DNA from: Candidatus Micrarchaeota archaeon | GTDB lineage: Archaea > Micrarchaeota > Micrarchaeia > Micrarchaeales > CABMGC01 | Direction of reading: 5' to 3' | NCBI GenBank assembly: GCA_027319905.1 | Contig: DAHVMJ010000015.1 | Coordinates: 1-19,366, forward strand | Length of the DNA: 19,366 nucleotides | Shown here: positions 1 to 7,627 of the stretch, piece after piece | How the letters are laid out: each line of letters opens with the position of its first letter | Position numbering within the stretch: the first letter of the stretch is position 1 | The notes under the pieces: generated by a model | The model's database searches: none | What the model saw: the letters and a program-made list of their open reading frames with translations, nothing else | Told to the model about the DNA's origin: nothing | Translations under genes and position numbers: made by a program

Positions 1-1395
1 GCTGAGCGCCCTCGCATCCGAACCGCTGATAAGCAGCTTGTCGGACACGCTTGCCTCCCGCTGCCCCATGCTCTTAGATGGATGGAGGTTGAGCTTCACG
101 CTTTTGTAGTCTTCAGGCACGCCGTGTATGTTTACCTGCACGGGGTCCCGCACCAGGAACAGTCTTCTCGCCACATCGTCTATCACGAGCCTGTTTTCGG
201 CCAGCAGCATGTCCATTCCAACCCAGCTGTTTGCGTTGCTCATGCCGAACCGCAGGACAAACTCCTTTATCGCCTGCGGCTGTATTCCGCGTCTTCTCAG
301 GCCCGCGATGGTGATGAGCCTTGGGTCGTCGTAGCCGTCGAGCAGTCCCTCCTTTATGAGCGCGTTTGTCTTCCTCTTCGAGGTTATATTGTCCTTGATC
401 TCCAGCCTGGCTATGTTTCTCATCTTCGGCTTTCTCAGCTTCAGGAGGTCGAGTATCTTGTAGTAGAGCTCTTCGCGTAGCTCGTACTCCTTGCTCCTCG
501 TTGCGTCAGTTATGCCTTCTATAGAATCAACCACAGGCGTGTTGAAGTCATACGTTGGCCATGCCCTGTACTTCTTTCCCTGCCTGTAGTGCTCGTGCTC
601 GACTATCCTGAACAGCACCGGATCCCGCATCGTCGTGTTCTCCGCCTTCATCTCTAGCTTGGCTCTGAGTACCGCAGCTCCATCCCCAAATCCGCCCCCG
701 AGCATCTTCTCCCACAGCACCTTGTTCTCTCCAGGTTTCTGGTTTCTGTGTTCGCATGCGCGGCCCTCAAATCGCATCTTCTTTATCTTCTCGCTGTCGC
801 AGGTGCACACGTACGCGTTGCCCTCTTCAATCAGCTTTGCGGCATATTTGTACAGATCGGCGACATGGTCGCTCGCGTAGTACTCGCGGTCGGGGGTTAT
901 CCCCAGCCACTCCATATCATTCTTGAACGCATCGACATACTCCTGCTTTTCTTTCTCCGGGTTGGTGTCATCAAAGTATAGGGCAAATGTGCCTCTGTAA
1001 ATGTTTGCAAACTCCTTTCCAAGCCATGCCATCTTCGCGTGGCCCAACTGCATGTAACCGTTCGGCTCTGGTGCAAATCTTGTAGCGAACTTGCCCACCA
1101 CAGCACCCTCGAGCTCCATTCTTGGTTTTGCGCTCTTCTCCTGTTTCTCCTTATCAAGTTTCTCGAACTCCTTTGCATGAACATCAAACTCTCTCTGAAT
1201 CTCAGTCTCGCTCATCTTGTTTACTTCCTGGACAACTTTCTTCACAAGTAGCGACAGTTCCTTTATGCTCTCCCTCAGCTTCGGATCTGACGCAAGAACC
1301 TTGCTTATTACTGCTCCAGCGTCTGCTTTTCCGTAGTCCATCGCGTTTTTGAGCGCGAACTTCCTCGCTTCTTCTTCCGTTTTCTTGTCGAGCAT
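1..1395 (-). CDS. gltX: Glutamyl-tRNA synthetase, archaeal type (3' end runs off the window)
   Basis: Not in the ORF track; translated by hand from ATG at 1395: MLDKKTEEEARKFALKNAMDYGKA...TRFAPEPNGYMQLGHAK (HIGH-like)...FDDTNPEKE...YVCTC...RDPVLFR...WPTYDF...ITSKRK (KMSKS-like)...DDPRLITIAGLRRRGI. The frame stays open to position 1. Confidence 0.96.
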   Translation of the reverse strand, partial: MLDKKTEEEARKFALKNAMDYGKADAGAVISKVLASDPKLRESIKELSLLVKKVVQEVNKMSETEIQREFDVHAKEFEKLDKEKQEKSAKPRMELEGAVVGKFATRFAPEPNGYMQLGHAKMAWLGKEFANIYRGTFALYFDDTNPEKEKQEYVDAFKNDMEWLGITPDREYYASDHVADLYKYAAKLIEEGNAYVCTCDSEKIKKMRFEGRACEHRNQKPGENKVLWEKMLGGGFGDGAAVLRAKLEMKAENTTMRDPVLFRIVEHEHYRQGKKYRAWPTYDFNTPVVDSIEGITDATRSKEYELREELYYKILDLLKLRKPKMRNIARLEIKDNITSKRKTNALIKEGLLDGYDDPRLITIAGLRRRGIQPQAIKEFVLRFGMSNANSWVGMDMLLAENRLVIDDVARRLFLVRDPVQVNIHGVPEDYKSVKLNLHPSKSMGQREASVSDKLLISGSDARALS

Positions 1396-1403
1396 CAAAA
1401 CGC

Positions 1404-2015
1404 CTACGCCTGTGTCACCCGCATGCTACCATATATGGATCCATTAAGGGTAAGAAGCGCCGAAGCAGTTACGTTTATTGTATCACTCATGTTCCTGTGC
1501 AGCTCTACGGGCAGTGAGTATGCCTGCATGTCTGAGGGTATTGATATGATTGCGCTGGTGCTCTGAGAGGGAATGTAAAAGGTCATCCTGTTTGGCAGCT
1601 TTACATTGGCCGTGCTTGTGAAATTCGTGCATGACGCATATGTGCCCGTGTCCTTGTACAGCAGGAGGAAGAGGGGATACGTGCTCGTGTTTCCGGCCTG
1701 CACCAGTATCTGCGCCGCCTGCTGGGAGTAGAAGTTACTGACAGACCCGTTTCTCTCCAGCACCTGCAGCTCAGAGTTGAGGCTGTTCGACACACTTGTC
1801 ACGTTTGAGCAGAGTACGTTTATGTTCATCACCCCCCCATACGAGGTTATGATGGCGTTTCCGTTTGCAGTGGCGTAGACCGTCTGCGATGGCCTGAGTG
1901 TGGTGGTGCCGTTGCTGTTGCTTGGCGAAACATTCCCAAACGCAGCGTACGAACTCAGGAATATCAGCGCGACGAATATAGAGCCAACGAGCTCGATCAG
2001 CTTTTTCCTCTCCAA
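1404..2015 (-). CDS. Hypothetical membrane-anchored protein (N-terminal TM helix, S/T/N-rich ectodomain)
   Basis: 203-aa ORF with TTG start, basic N-terminus plus hydrophobic stretch (LVGSIFVALIFLSSYAAF) and many N-x-S/T sequons. Ends 8 nt before the gltX start. Confidence 0.75.
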   Translation of the reverse strand: MERKKLIELVGSIFVALIFLSSYAAFGNVSPSNSNGTTTLRPSQTVYATANGNAIITSYGGVMNINVLCSNVTSVSNSLNSELQVLERNGSVSNFYSQQAAQILVQAGNTSTYPLFLLLYKDTGTYASCTNFTSTANVKLPNRMTFYIPSQSTSAIISIPSDMQAYSLPVELHRNMSDTINVTASALLTLNGSIYGSMRVTQA

Positions 2016-2074
2016 AGCAAAAACCTTTATTAACTGAGATATACTATAGTTAAAAATCTAATAAAGCTGAGCCT

Positions 2075-2767
2075 ATGCCTTTTAACGATGGCGATTTTCT
2101 AAAGGTTGACTACAGTGCGTGGCGCACTGCAGACAATAAGCTGATATACACCACTATAAAGAAGGTTGCCGAGGAGAGCGGAGAGGTGGATAAAGACGAG
2201 AAGTATGTTCCGCAGCTCATAGTCGTGGGGAAGGGCAACGCAATAAAGGGGGTGGAAGCCGCAGTAAAGGGCATGAGCGTCGGCGAGACCAAAAAGGTGG
2301 AACTGAGCCCCGATGATGCATTCGGAGGCCGAGATGCGTCTCTCGTCAAGGTCATGTCGATGGCAGATTTCAAAAAGAGGGACATAGACCCATATCCGGG
2401 CATGCAATTGGACCTCGACGGCACCGTGGCTATGGTAAAGAGCGTAAGCTCGGGCAGGGTGGTGGTGGACGCCAATCATCCGCTCGCCGGAGAAAGGATG
2501 CTCTACGAGATAAAGGTGCTGGAGAAGGTCGAGAAGGACGAGGAGAAGGTAAAGGCGGTGGCCGAAGTGTACGGCCTGATACCCGACTCCGTCGCAATCA
2601 ACGGCAACAACGTAAGAGTGGTTTTCGGGGAAAAAGTGGAGAAGGACAGCAGGTACCTGATAAACAAGAGCGACTTTGTGAACGCGCTCATGAGATACAT
2701 GGACAAGGTAGAAAAGCTGAGCGTGGAGGAGGACTTCTCTAAGGCCAAACCTTTGGAAAAGAAGTAG
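2075..2767 (+). CDS. slyD: FKBP-type peptidyl-prolyl isomerase (SlyD-like, long archaeal form)
   Basis: Motifs GDFLKVDY, VGKGNAIKGVE, GETKKVELSPDDAFGGRD, VVVDANHPLAGERMLYEIKV, plus a C-terminal extra domain as in long archaeal FKBPs. Confidence 0.92.
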   Translation: MPFNDGDFLKVDYSAWRTADNKLIYTTIKKVAEESGEVDKDEKYVPQLIVVGKGNAIKGVEAAVKGMSVGETKKVELSPDDAFGGRDASLVKVMSMADFKKRDIDPYPGMQLDLDGTVAMVKSVSSGRVVVDANHPLAGERMLYEIKVLEKVEKDEEKVKAVAEVYGLIPDSVAINGNNVRVVFGEKVEKDSRYLINKSDFVNALMRYMDKVEKLSVEEDFSKAKPLEKK

Positions 2768-2771
2768 CGCG

Positions 2772-2963
2772 CTAGTCGTTGAGGTGGAGCGCGTAGGCGC
2801 CGTTCACCTTAAGGTCCATTTTCTTTGCAAGCTCGGATTTTTCCACGTTAAGTATCACCATGTAGCCGCTCCATTTCGAGGTAAGGTTGCTCTGTCCGCA
2901 TATGGGGCACGTATCTCCCTGGGATATTATGAGTCTGTCGGTTCTGCAAGCTTTCTCTACCAT
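2772..2963 (-). CDS. spt4: Transcription elongation factor Spt4 (RpoE2)
   Basis: 63 aa, KACRTD...CPICG...TSKWSGYMVILNVEKSELAKKM...GAYAL; immediately downstream of rpoE1 as is conserved in archaea. Confidence 0.93.
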   Translation of the reverse strand: MVEKACRTDRLIISQGDTCPICGQSNLTSKWSGYMVILNVEKSELAKKMDLKVNGAYALHLND

Positions 2964-2967
2964 GTGA

Positions 2968-3540
2968 TCACTTCTTCTTCCTCTTCTCTCTTATCCCCTT
3001 CAGCTTCTCCTCCTTCACCCACTCCGGCTTGCCGAATCCCTCCGGTCTCATGGTTAGCGCTATCTTTGCGTCCTGTATCGTGTTCCTTATGCTTATCGTT
3101 GAGACCTTCGCGTATACGGTGTCACCCTTCTTGACCGTGCGCTTCGTGTTCTTGGACACGAACACGCCCGCCTTCCTGTCGAACGTTATGAAATCGCTTG
3201 TGATCTGCGACAGGTGCACGAGCCCGTCCATGGGACCAAGCCTGACGAACAATCCAAAGTCAGCCAGTTCTGATACCTCTCCCAGCACAACCTCGTCGAC
3301 TTCAAGCTTAAATGTCAGCACGTCAAAGGTGACGTCGTGGTGTATATTTGGATCGGCTGGTAGTATGTAACCGTCGCTTATGTCCCTGACGCCGTGCACC
3401 ACGAGCACGACTCCCATCTCCTTGTCTAGTGTTCGCTCGTACTTGGATCGCAGCATCTCGGTGGTGGCCTTCTCTATGTCTTCCCCTATGTACTTCGGGG
3501 GCACGCTTATCGAGTCCTTTACAGTATACGTATAATACAG
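2968..3540 (-). CDS. rpoE1: DNA-directed RNA polymerase subunit Rpo7 (E'); probable CTG start at 3540
   Basis: Motifs VPPKYIG, DEVVLGEV, FGLFVRLGPMDGLVHLSQI (S1 domain), IALTMRPEGFGKPEWV. The frame extends upstream of the track's GTG (3504) as (L)YYTYTVKDSISVPP, which matches the Rpo7 N-terminus and follows an AGGTGA SD. Confidence 0.93.
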   Translation of the reverse strand: MYYTYTVKDSISVPPKYIGEDIEKATTEMLRSKYERTLDKEMGVVLVVHGVRDISDGYILPADPNIHHDVTFDVLTFKLEVDEVVLGEVSELADFGLFVRLGPMDGLVHLSQITSDFITFDRKAGVFVSKNTKRTVKKGDTVYAKVSTISIRNTIQDAKIALTMRPEGFGKPEWVKEEKLKGIREKRKKK

Positions 3541-3578
3541 GTTCTCACCTTAGGATTGGCACCAGAATATGGTGCCTA

Positions 3579-3947
3579 CTACCTTAAAATTCCCATCGCT
3601 GATACGCTCAGCACCTCTATCTTGGCATTCTTCAGCCTGCTCTTCAGTTCGATGTCGTTGGTGCATACGACGCAGCTGCGCTTCACGCTCTCCTTCACTA
3701 TCCAGTCGTCGACGTAGCTGTGGTCCTTGAGCGCATCGATATTGTGCTTTACCAGCAGCGCGAGCGCCATCTTGGCGGATTTCCTGTTCTCGTTCCCCGA
3801 AGCGGCAATCATCTCCAGCTCCTCTACTATGCCGTTCGAGATGAGAATGCGCGCACCCGGCATTCTTTCCTCTATCGAATCGAATATGTCCTTCCTGTTC
3901 TCCATCGCGAAGACGATCGCGCTCGTGTCAACGATGATCGATTGCAT
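3579..3947 (-). CDS. PIN-domain protein (Fcf1/Utp24-like)
   Basis: IIVDTSAIV, IVEELE, YVDDWIV and VCTNDIELK supply the acidic PIN residues; typical position upstream of rpoE1. Start is 3947 or 3953. Confidence 0.88.
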   Translation of the reverse strand: MQSIIVDTSAIVFAMENRKDIFDSIEERMPGARILISNGIVEELEMIAASGNENRKSAKMALALLVKHNIDALKDHSYVDDWIVKESVKRSCVVCTNDIELKSRLKNAKIEVLSVSAMGILR

Positions 3948-3980
3948 AAACATTATAATGTTTGATGGAATAAACTCCTA

Positions 3981-4487
3981 GTGAGTCTAGTGGCCTTCGA
4001 CCTTACTTCCTTCTTCAGCGTCATCGATGAAAGCTACTTTGTGGTGATCCCAGTTCTTGCGATATGGTTATACTATAAAAAGGATAAAAACGTTTTCTCG
4101 TTTGTCCCTGCATTCATAATACTATACGTTGTCTCAGAAGTGCTCAAAATGCTGATAGCACAGCCCAGGCCATGCGCCGGCCTACCCGGCTGCGAGTCTG
4201 GCTACGGAATGCCCTCAAGTCATGCAACAACGCTTACAGGCCCGTATCTTTTCCTAACAGGGTACAAGTATCTGCGCTGGCTGTATCCTGTCTGGCTCGC
4301 CTTCGTGCTTTTCGGCAGGGTGTACCTCAATCAGCACACCCCGGCGCAAGTGCTGGCAGGCATAGCGGTAAGCCTGGTATTGGGATATGCGATCTACAGG
4401 TACAGGGAAAGGATAAACGGGATTGCCATGAGCGTTGTCTCCCGCATACCTGTAGCATCACGCCTCTTGGCGAGGCTAAACGTCTGA
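3981..4487 (+). CDS. PAP2-family membrane phosphatase
   Basis: Motifs KMLIAQPRP, PSSH and GRVYLNQHTPAQV with hydrophobic helices; GTG start. Confidence 0.9.
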   Translation: MSLVAFDLTSFFSVIDESYFVVIPVLAIWLYYKKDKNVFSFVPAFIILYVVSEVLKMLIAQPRPCAGLPGCESGYGMPSSHATTLTGPYLFLTGYKYLRWLYPVWLAFVLFGRVYLNQHTPAQVLAGIAVSLVLGYAIYRYRERINGIAMSVVSRIPVASRLLARLNV

Positions 4488-4493
4488 TGTGAA

Positions 4494-4898
4494 ATGGGAC
4501 TAGACATATACGCCGAACAGCTGATCCAGAACTACGAGCACCCCAGCAACAAGCACAAGATGGACGATGCAAGCATAAGCATGGGCGAGGAGAACGTCTC
4601 GTGCGGCGATGTCATAACCGTATATGTGAAACTGAACGGCGACAAGATAGAGGACGTAAGCTTCGATGGCAGCGGCTGCGTAATCTCGATGGGCAGTGCC
4701 AGCATACTCACAGACGAGCTGAAAGGGAAGACGCTTGCGCAGCTCGAGAAGATGCAGTACAGAGACTTGCTCAAGATAATCGGCATAGATCCAGGGCCAG
4801 TGCGCATGCACTGCGCGACCCTTTCGCTACGCGCCCTGAAGAAGGCAGCGTTCGCATTTGAGCACAAGCCGATGGATACAGCTACTAAGGAACTGTGA
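4494..4898 (+). CDS. Fe-S cluster scaffold, IscU/SufU (NifU-N) family
   Basis: Three conserved Cys in SCGD, FDGSGCVIS and RMHCA; N-terminal Y...YEHPSNK. Confidence 0.92.
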   Translation: MGLDIYAEQLIQNYEHPSNKHKMDDASISMGEENVSCGDVITVYVKLNGDKIEDVSFDGSGCVISMGSASILTDELKGKTLAQLEKMQYRDLLKIIGIDPGPVRMHCATLSLRALKKAAFAFEHKPMDTATKEL

Positions 4899-5274
4899 CA
4901 TCGGCCTCAAAGAAGCCGAGCCTGCCGTGCATCGCTATCGGCTTCTCGAATTTAACGGCATCTTTCAGCAAAAAACCGTACCTTGAAGCGGCATAATAGC
5001 CGCCGCTCGCCAGGTGCTTGCCCCTGTCCAGGGCAAAATCATCACCGCCTCTGTACTCCTTAACGCCGTAGACCGTGGCCTTGCCTACTATCGCTCTCAT
5101 CGGCAGGGATTCCGCCGGAATGCCGAATTCCTTGAAGCCTTCGTAGTCGGGATTGCCCGAAGCGTGAACGAGGAACTCACCTCTAAAATGGGTGTTCCAG
5201 TGCCTGAGCTCTATCGTTTTTCTGCCTGTCACTATGAGCTCTGCAAACGGTTGTTTCACAGACAGGCATTTCAC
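4885..5274 (-). CDS. ASCH-domain protein
   Basis: LSVKQPFAELIVTGRKTIELRHW...RGEFLVHAS...PIAMHGRLGFFE is the ASC-1 homology signature; GTG start. Confidence 0.9.
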   Translation of the reverse strand: MKCLSVKQPFAELIVTGRKTIELRHWNTHFRGEFLVHASGNPDYEGFKEFGIPAESLPMRAIVGKATVYGVKEYRGGDDFALDRGKHLASGGYYAASRYGFLLKDAVKFEKPIAMHGRLGFFEADVTVP

Positions 5275-5278
5275 CCAA

Positions 5279-5995
5279 TCACTCGAGTTTTACCTCTATC
5301 CTCTTGCTGTTCTTTCCCTTATTTTCGAAGCCGCTGAGCACCAGTCTTCCTATCTCTTTTGTGTTCGCTACGTGCAGACCTCCGTCGGATTGCACGTCAA
5401 TGCCTTCTATCTCCACGACCCTCACCTGCGGCATGCTCTCTATCAGCTTCCTTCCCGGCTCGGTTCTCGCAAGGTTAGGCATCGCCAGCGCCTCTTCCCT
5501 GCTTATCATCCTTGACGAGACCGCGTGGCCCTCCTGCGCAGCTTCATTCGACTCATCTATGATCTTCTGTGCCAGTTCCCTATTAAGCCCATCCAGACCA
5601 AAGTCTATCCTCGCCCTGTCCGGGAAGATCTGGCCTCCTGTTATTCCCCCGGCCCGGTACTTCTTCTCCACTATGCCATCCATGAGATGTATTGCGGTGT
5701 GGTAGCGCATAAGCGAATACCTCCTGCTCCAGTCGATTGCGCCATGGGCTGCATCGCCTGCGTCGACCTGCGGTATGCCAGCGAGGTGATGGAATATGGC
5801 GTCGTCTTCTTTGCTAACGTCGACCACATTGTACTCCGATCCTTTGATTCTCAGGGTGCCGGTGTCGTTCATCACGCCCCCTCCTGTGGGATAGAAAGCC
5901 GTCTCCTTGAGAACTATCCGGTTCCCGCCAACGCTCTCTACGACCGTATCGAACGCCTTCAGGTACGCGTCCTGCCAGAAGAGTTTTACAGTCAT
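5279..5995 (-). CDS. alaX: Alanyl-tRNA editing protein AlaX (AlaXp-M type)
   Basis: ETAFYPTGGG...DTG, IDWSRRYSLMRYHTAIH (HxxxH), DVQSDGGLHVANTKEIG, NKGKNSKRIEV; 238 aa. Confidence 0.92.
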   Translation of the reverse strand: MTVKLFWQDAYLKAFDTVVESVGGNRIVLKETAFYPTGGGVMNDTGTLRIKGSEYNVVDVSKEDDAIFHHLAGIPQVDAGDAAHGAIDWSRRYSLMRYHTAIHLMDGIVEKKYRAGGITGGQIFPDRARIDFGLDGLNRELAQKIIDESNEAAQEGHAVSSRMISREEALAMPNLARTEPGRKLIESMPQVRVVEIEGIDVQSDGGLHVANTKEIGRLVLSGFENKGKNSKRIEVKLE

Positions 5996-6151
5996 AGGTT
6001 GTTTTTATGTAAGTTTAAATAATTAAAACCCAATTAGCATCATGGTTTCAATCAAGGAAACAGAATTGTCGTTGCCAGGCAGAACGAGGTAGAAAAATGC
6101 TTCGGTGCGATTGGAACAGACACTGATAGAAATCTATCAATGCGCGATGAG

Positions 6152-6159
6152 TTTTTAAG
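6152..6159 (+). promoter_or_regulatory. Probable TATA box of tRNA-Gln
   Basis: TTTTTAAG ending 25 nt upstream of the tRNA 5' end. Confidence 0.6.
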
Positions 6160-6183
6160 TATCTACAAATGAAGATTATAAAT

Positions 6184-6256
6184 AGCCCCATGGTGTAGCG
6201 GACAAGCACAGCGGGCTTTGGACCCGTTAACGTCGGTTCGAATCCGGCTGGGGCTA
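6184..6256 (+). tRNA. tRNA-Gln(TTG), no encoded CCA
   Basis: Acceptor AGCCCCA/TGGGGCT with the A1-U72 pair typical of archaeal tRNA-Gln; anticodon arm GCGGG-CTTTGGA-CCCGT; T arm GTCGG-TTCGAAT-CCGGC; discriminator A. Confidence 0.97.
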
Positions 6257-6300
6257 GCTCTTTAAAAGATTGTATCTGTATGCACTAGCAGAGCGCTTGA

Positions 6301-7170
6301 ATGATAAGCTGGTACTTCCTGGTCCTGCTCTCATCGGTTCTGATGGGCCTCGCCACTATCGTGGCCAAGGTGTCGCTAAACGAAGAGCACGCAACGCAGT
6401 TCAGCGCCGCGGTAACCCCGATAGTCACACTGCTCTCGCTGCTGTTCATACCCTGGGCCAATTTCCAGCTCAGCCCGGAGCAGTGGGTCGTGATGATAGT
6501 CCTCGGGGCGTTCAACGCCTACAACTTCCTCTTGTCATCGCGCGTCTACAAGCACGGCGAGCTGTCCATAGCGTCTCCCGTATTCAGCAGCCTTCCGACC
6601 TTGCTCACCGTGCTCCTGGCGTTCCTCTTCCTCGGAGAGGTGCTTACCGTATGGCAGTATCTGGTGATCCTGGTCATGGTGCTCGTGACATACTTCCTGG
6701 TGTTCAGCAGGAAGGAGCGCGGCGCCATCCTGGGTTCCCCGGAGAAGAGGCATGTGCTCTACTTGATGTTTCTCTACTCATTCCTCACCGCGGTCACCAC
6801 GATAGTCAGCAAGTACCTTCTGTCGAGCATCAACCCGTACGCCTTCCTGATAATCAACGGCGTGCTGATGTCAATAAGCTTCACCGTGATCATAACCGCA
6901 AGGTATGGAGGCCTGAAGGAGATCGCGCAGACGATGAAGAGGTACAAGCTGCCCCTAGTGACCAACGCGCTACTCACGCTCGGCTACCGCGTTACCTACT
7001 ATGTTGCACTCACCGTTGCTCCCGTCGCCCTCGCGCAGCCGCTTAGGAACACTATATTCATAGTCATCACCGTGGGCTTCTCTGGCCTTCTCTTCAAGGA
7101 GGCGCGTATAGCCAAGAGGCTCGTCCTTGGGCTTGCTCTCCTCGCGCTGGCCTACCTGTTAACAATATAA
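6301..7170 (+). CDS. EamA/DMT-family transporter
   Basis: 289 aa, about 10 hydrophobic helices in two repeats, motifs GELSIASPV...LAFLFLGEVLT and LLFKEARI. Confidence 0.88.
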   Translation: MISWYFLVLLSSVLMGLATIVAKVSLNEEHATQFSAAVTPIVTLLSLLFIPWANFQLSPEQWVVMIVLGAFNAYNFLLSSRVYKHGELSIASPVFSSLPTLLTVLLAFLFLGEVLTVWQYLVILVMVLVTYFLVFSRKERGAILGSPEKRHVLYLMFLYSFLTAVTTIVSKYLLSSINPYAFLIINGVLMSISFTVIITARYGGLKEIAQTMKRYKLPLVTNALLTLGYRVTYYVALTVAPVALAQPLRNTIFIVITVGFSGLLFKEARIAKRLVLGLALLALAYLLTI

Positions 7171-7189
7171 GTGTTTAACCGCAAAACAG

Positions 7190-7252
7190 GGTTGTGATGA
7201 CACGAGGTATTTCTGATTTGTGATGAAAAAACTTCGTGTCTGATGTTCAACC
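7190..7252 (+). ncRNA. Box C/D-type small RNA (double K-turn)
   Basis: Perfect boxes: C GTGATGA 7194-7200, D' CTGA 7213-7216, C' GTGATGA 7220-7226, D CTGA 7240-7243. Spacers of 12 and 13 nt; terminal stem GGTTG/CAACC; TATAAG at 7166-7171; lies between two convergent genes. Confidence 0.85.
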
Positions 7253-7627
7253 AACCAATCTGGGTATGACAAGCAGCGCAACGAGCAGGTTGACCAGCAC
7301 GACCAGCGTTATCATAGTATAAAGCGCATTTCGCTCCTTTGCAAACGCAACTACTGATATGGCAACCCTGAGTATGGGTGTCGCCACCAGGACCATCAGT
7401 CCGAGAAGTATGAAACCCAATCCGTCCAGGTTTGCGAGCGATGCCGCGACATCTTGCAGCTGGAACTGCGCTGTGTTGATGTTCGATGATGCCGAGGCGA
7501 TCTGCTGCAGCGAATAGCCTCCGCCTCCGTTGTTGATCACCAGCAGGGTCAGGCCGAGAAGGACGAGCAGCACGCTCGCTGCCGATCCGTAGCGCAGCTC
7601 TATGCCTACTGCATCTTGCATCTTCAT
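7247..7627 (-). CDS. DUF1634-like membrane protein
   Basis: LRYGSAAS...ILLGLMVLVATPILRVAISVVAFAKERNALYTMIT pattern; overlaps the TauE stop (ATGA), the usual partner arrangement. Confidence 0.82.
   Translation of the reverse strand: MKMQDAVGIELRYGSAASVLLVLLGLTLLVINNGGGGYSLQQIASASSNINTAQFQLQDVAASLANLDGLGFILLGLMVLVATPILRVAISVVAFAKERNALYTMITLVVLVNLLVALLVIPRLVG

Noticed and set aside
1036..1056. GluRS HIGH motif reading QLGH as a sign of inactivation
   Set aside because: All other catalytic motifs are intact and the frame is open; variation at the first His is tolerated in class I synthetases.
82..1352. Several short ORFs in the track (82-480, 748-981, 897-1187 etc.)
   Set aside because: They are shadows of gltX, which occupies 1-1395 on the minus strand and is missing from the track because it has no stop inside the window.
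7201..7212. D' guide targeting the 23S peptidyl-transferase loop (UACCUCG)
   Set aside because: Only 7 nt of complementarity to a consensus recalled from memory; too short, and this organism's rRNA is not available here.
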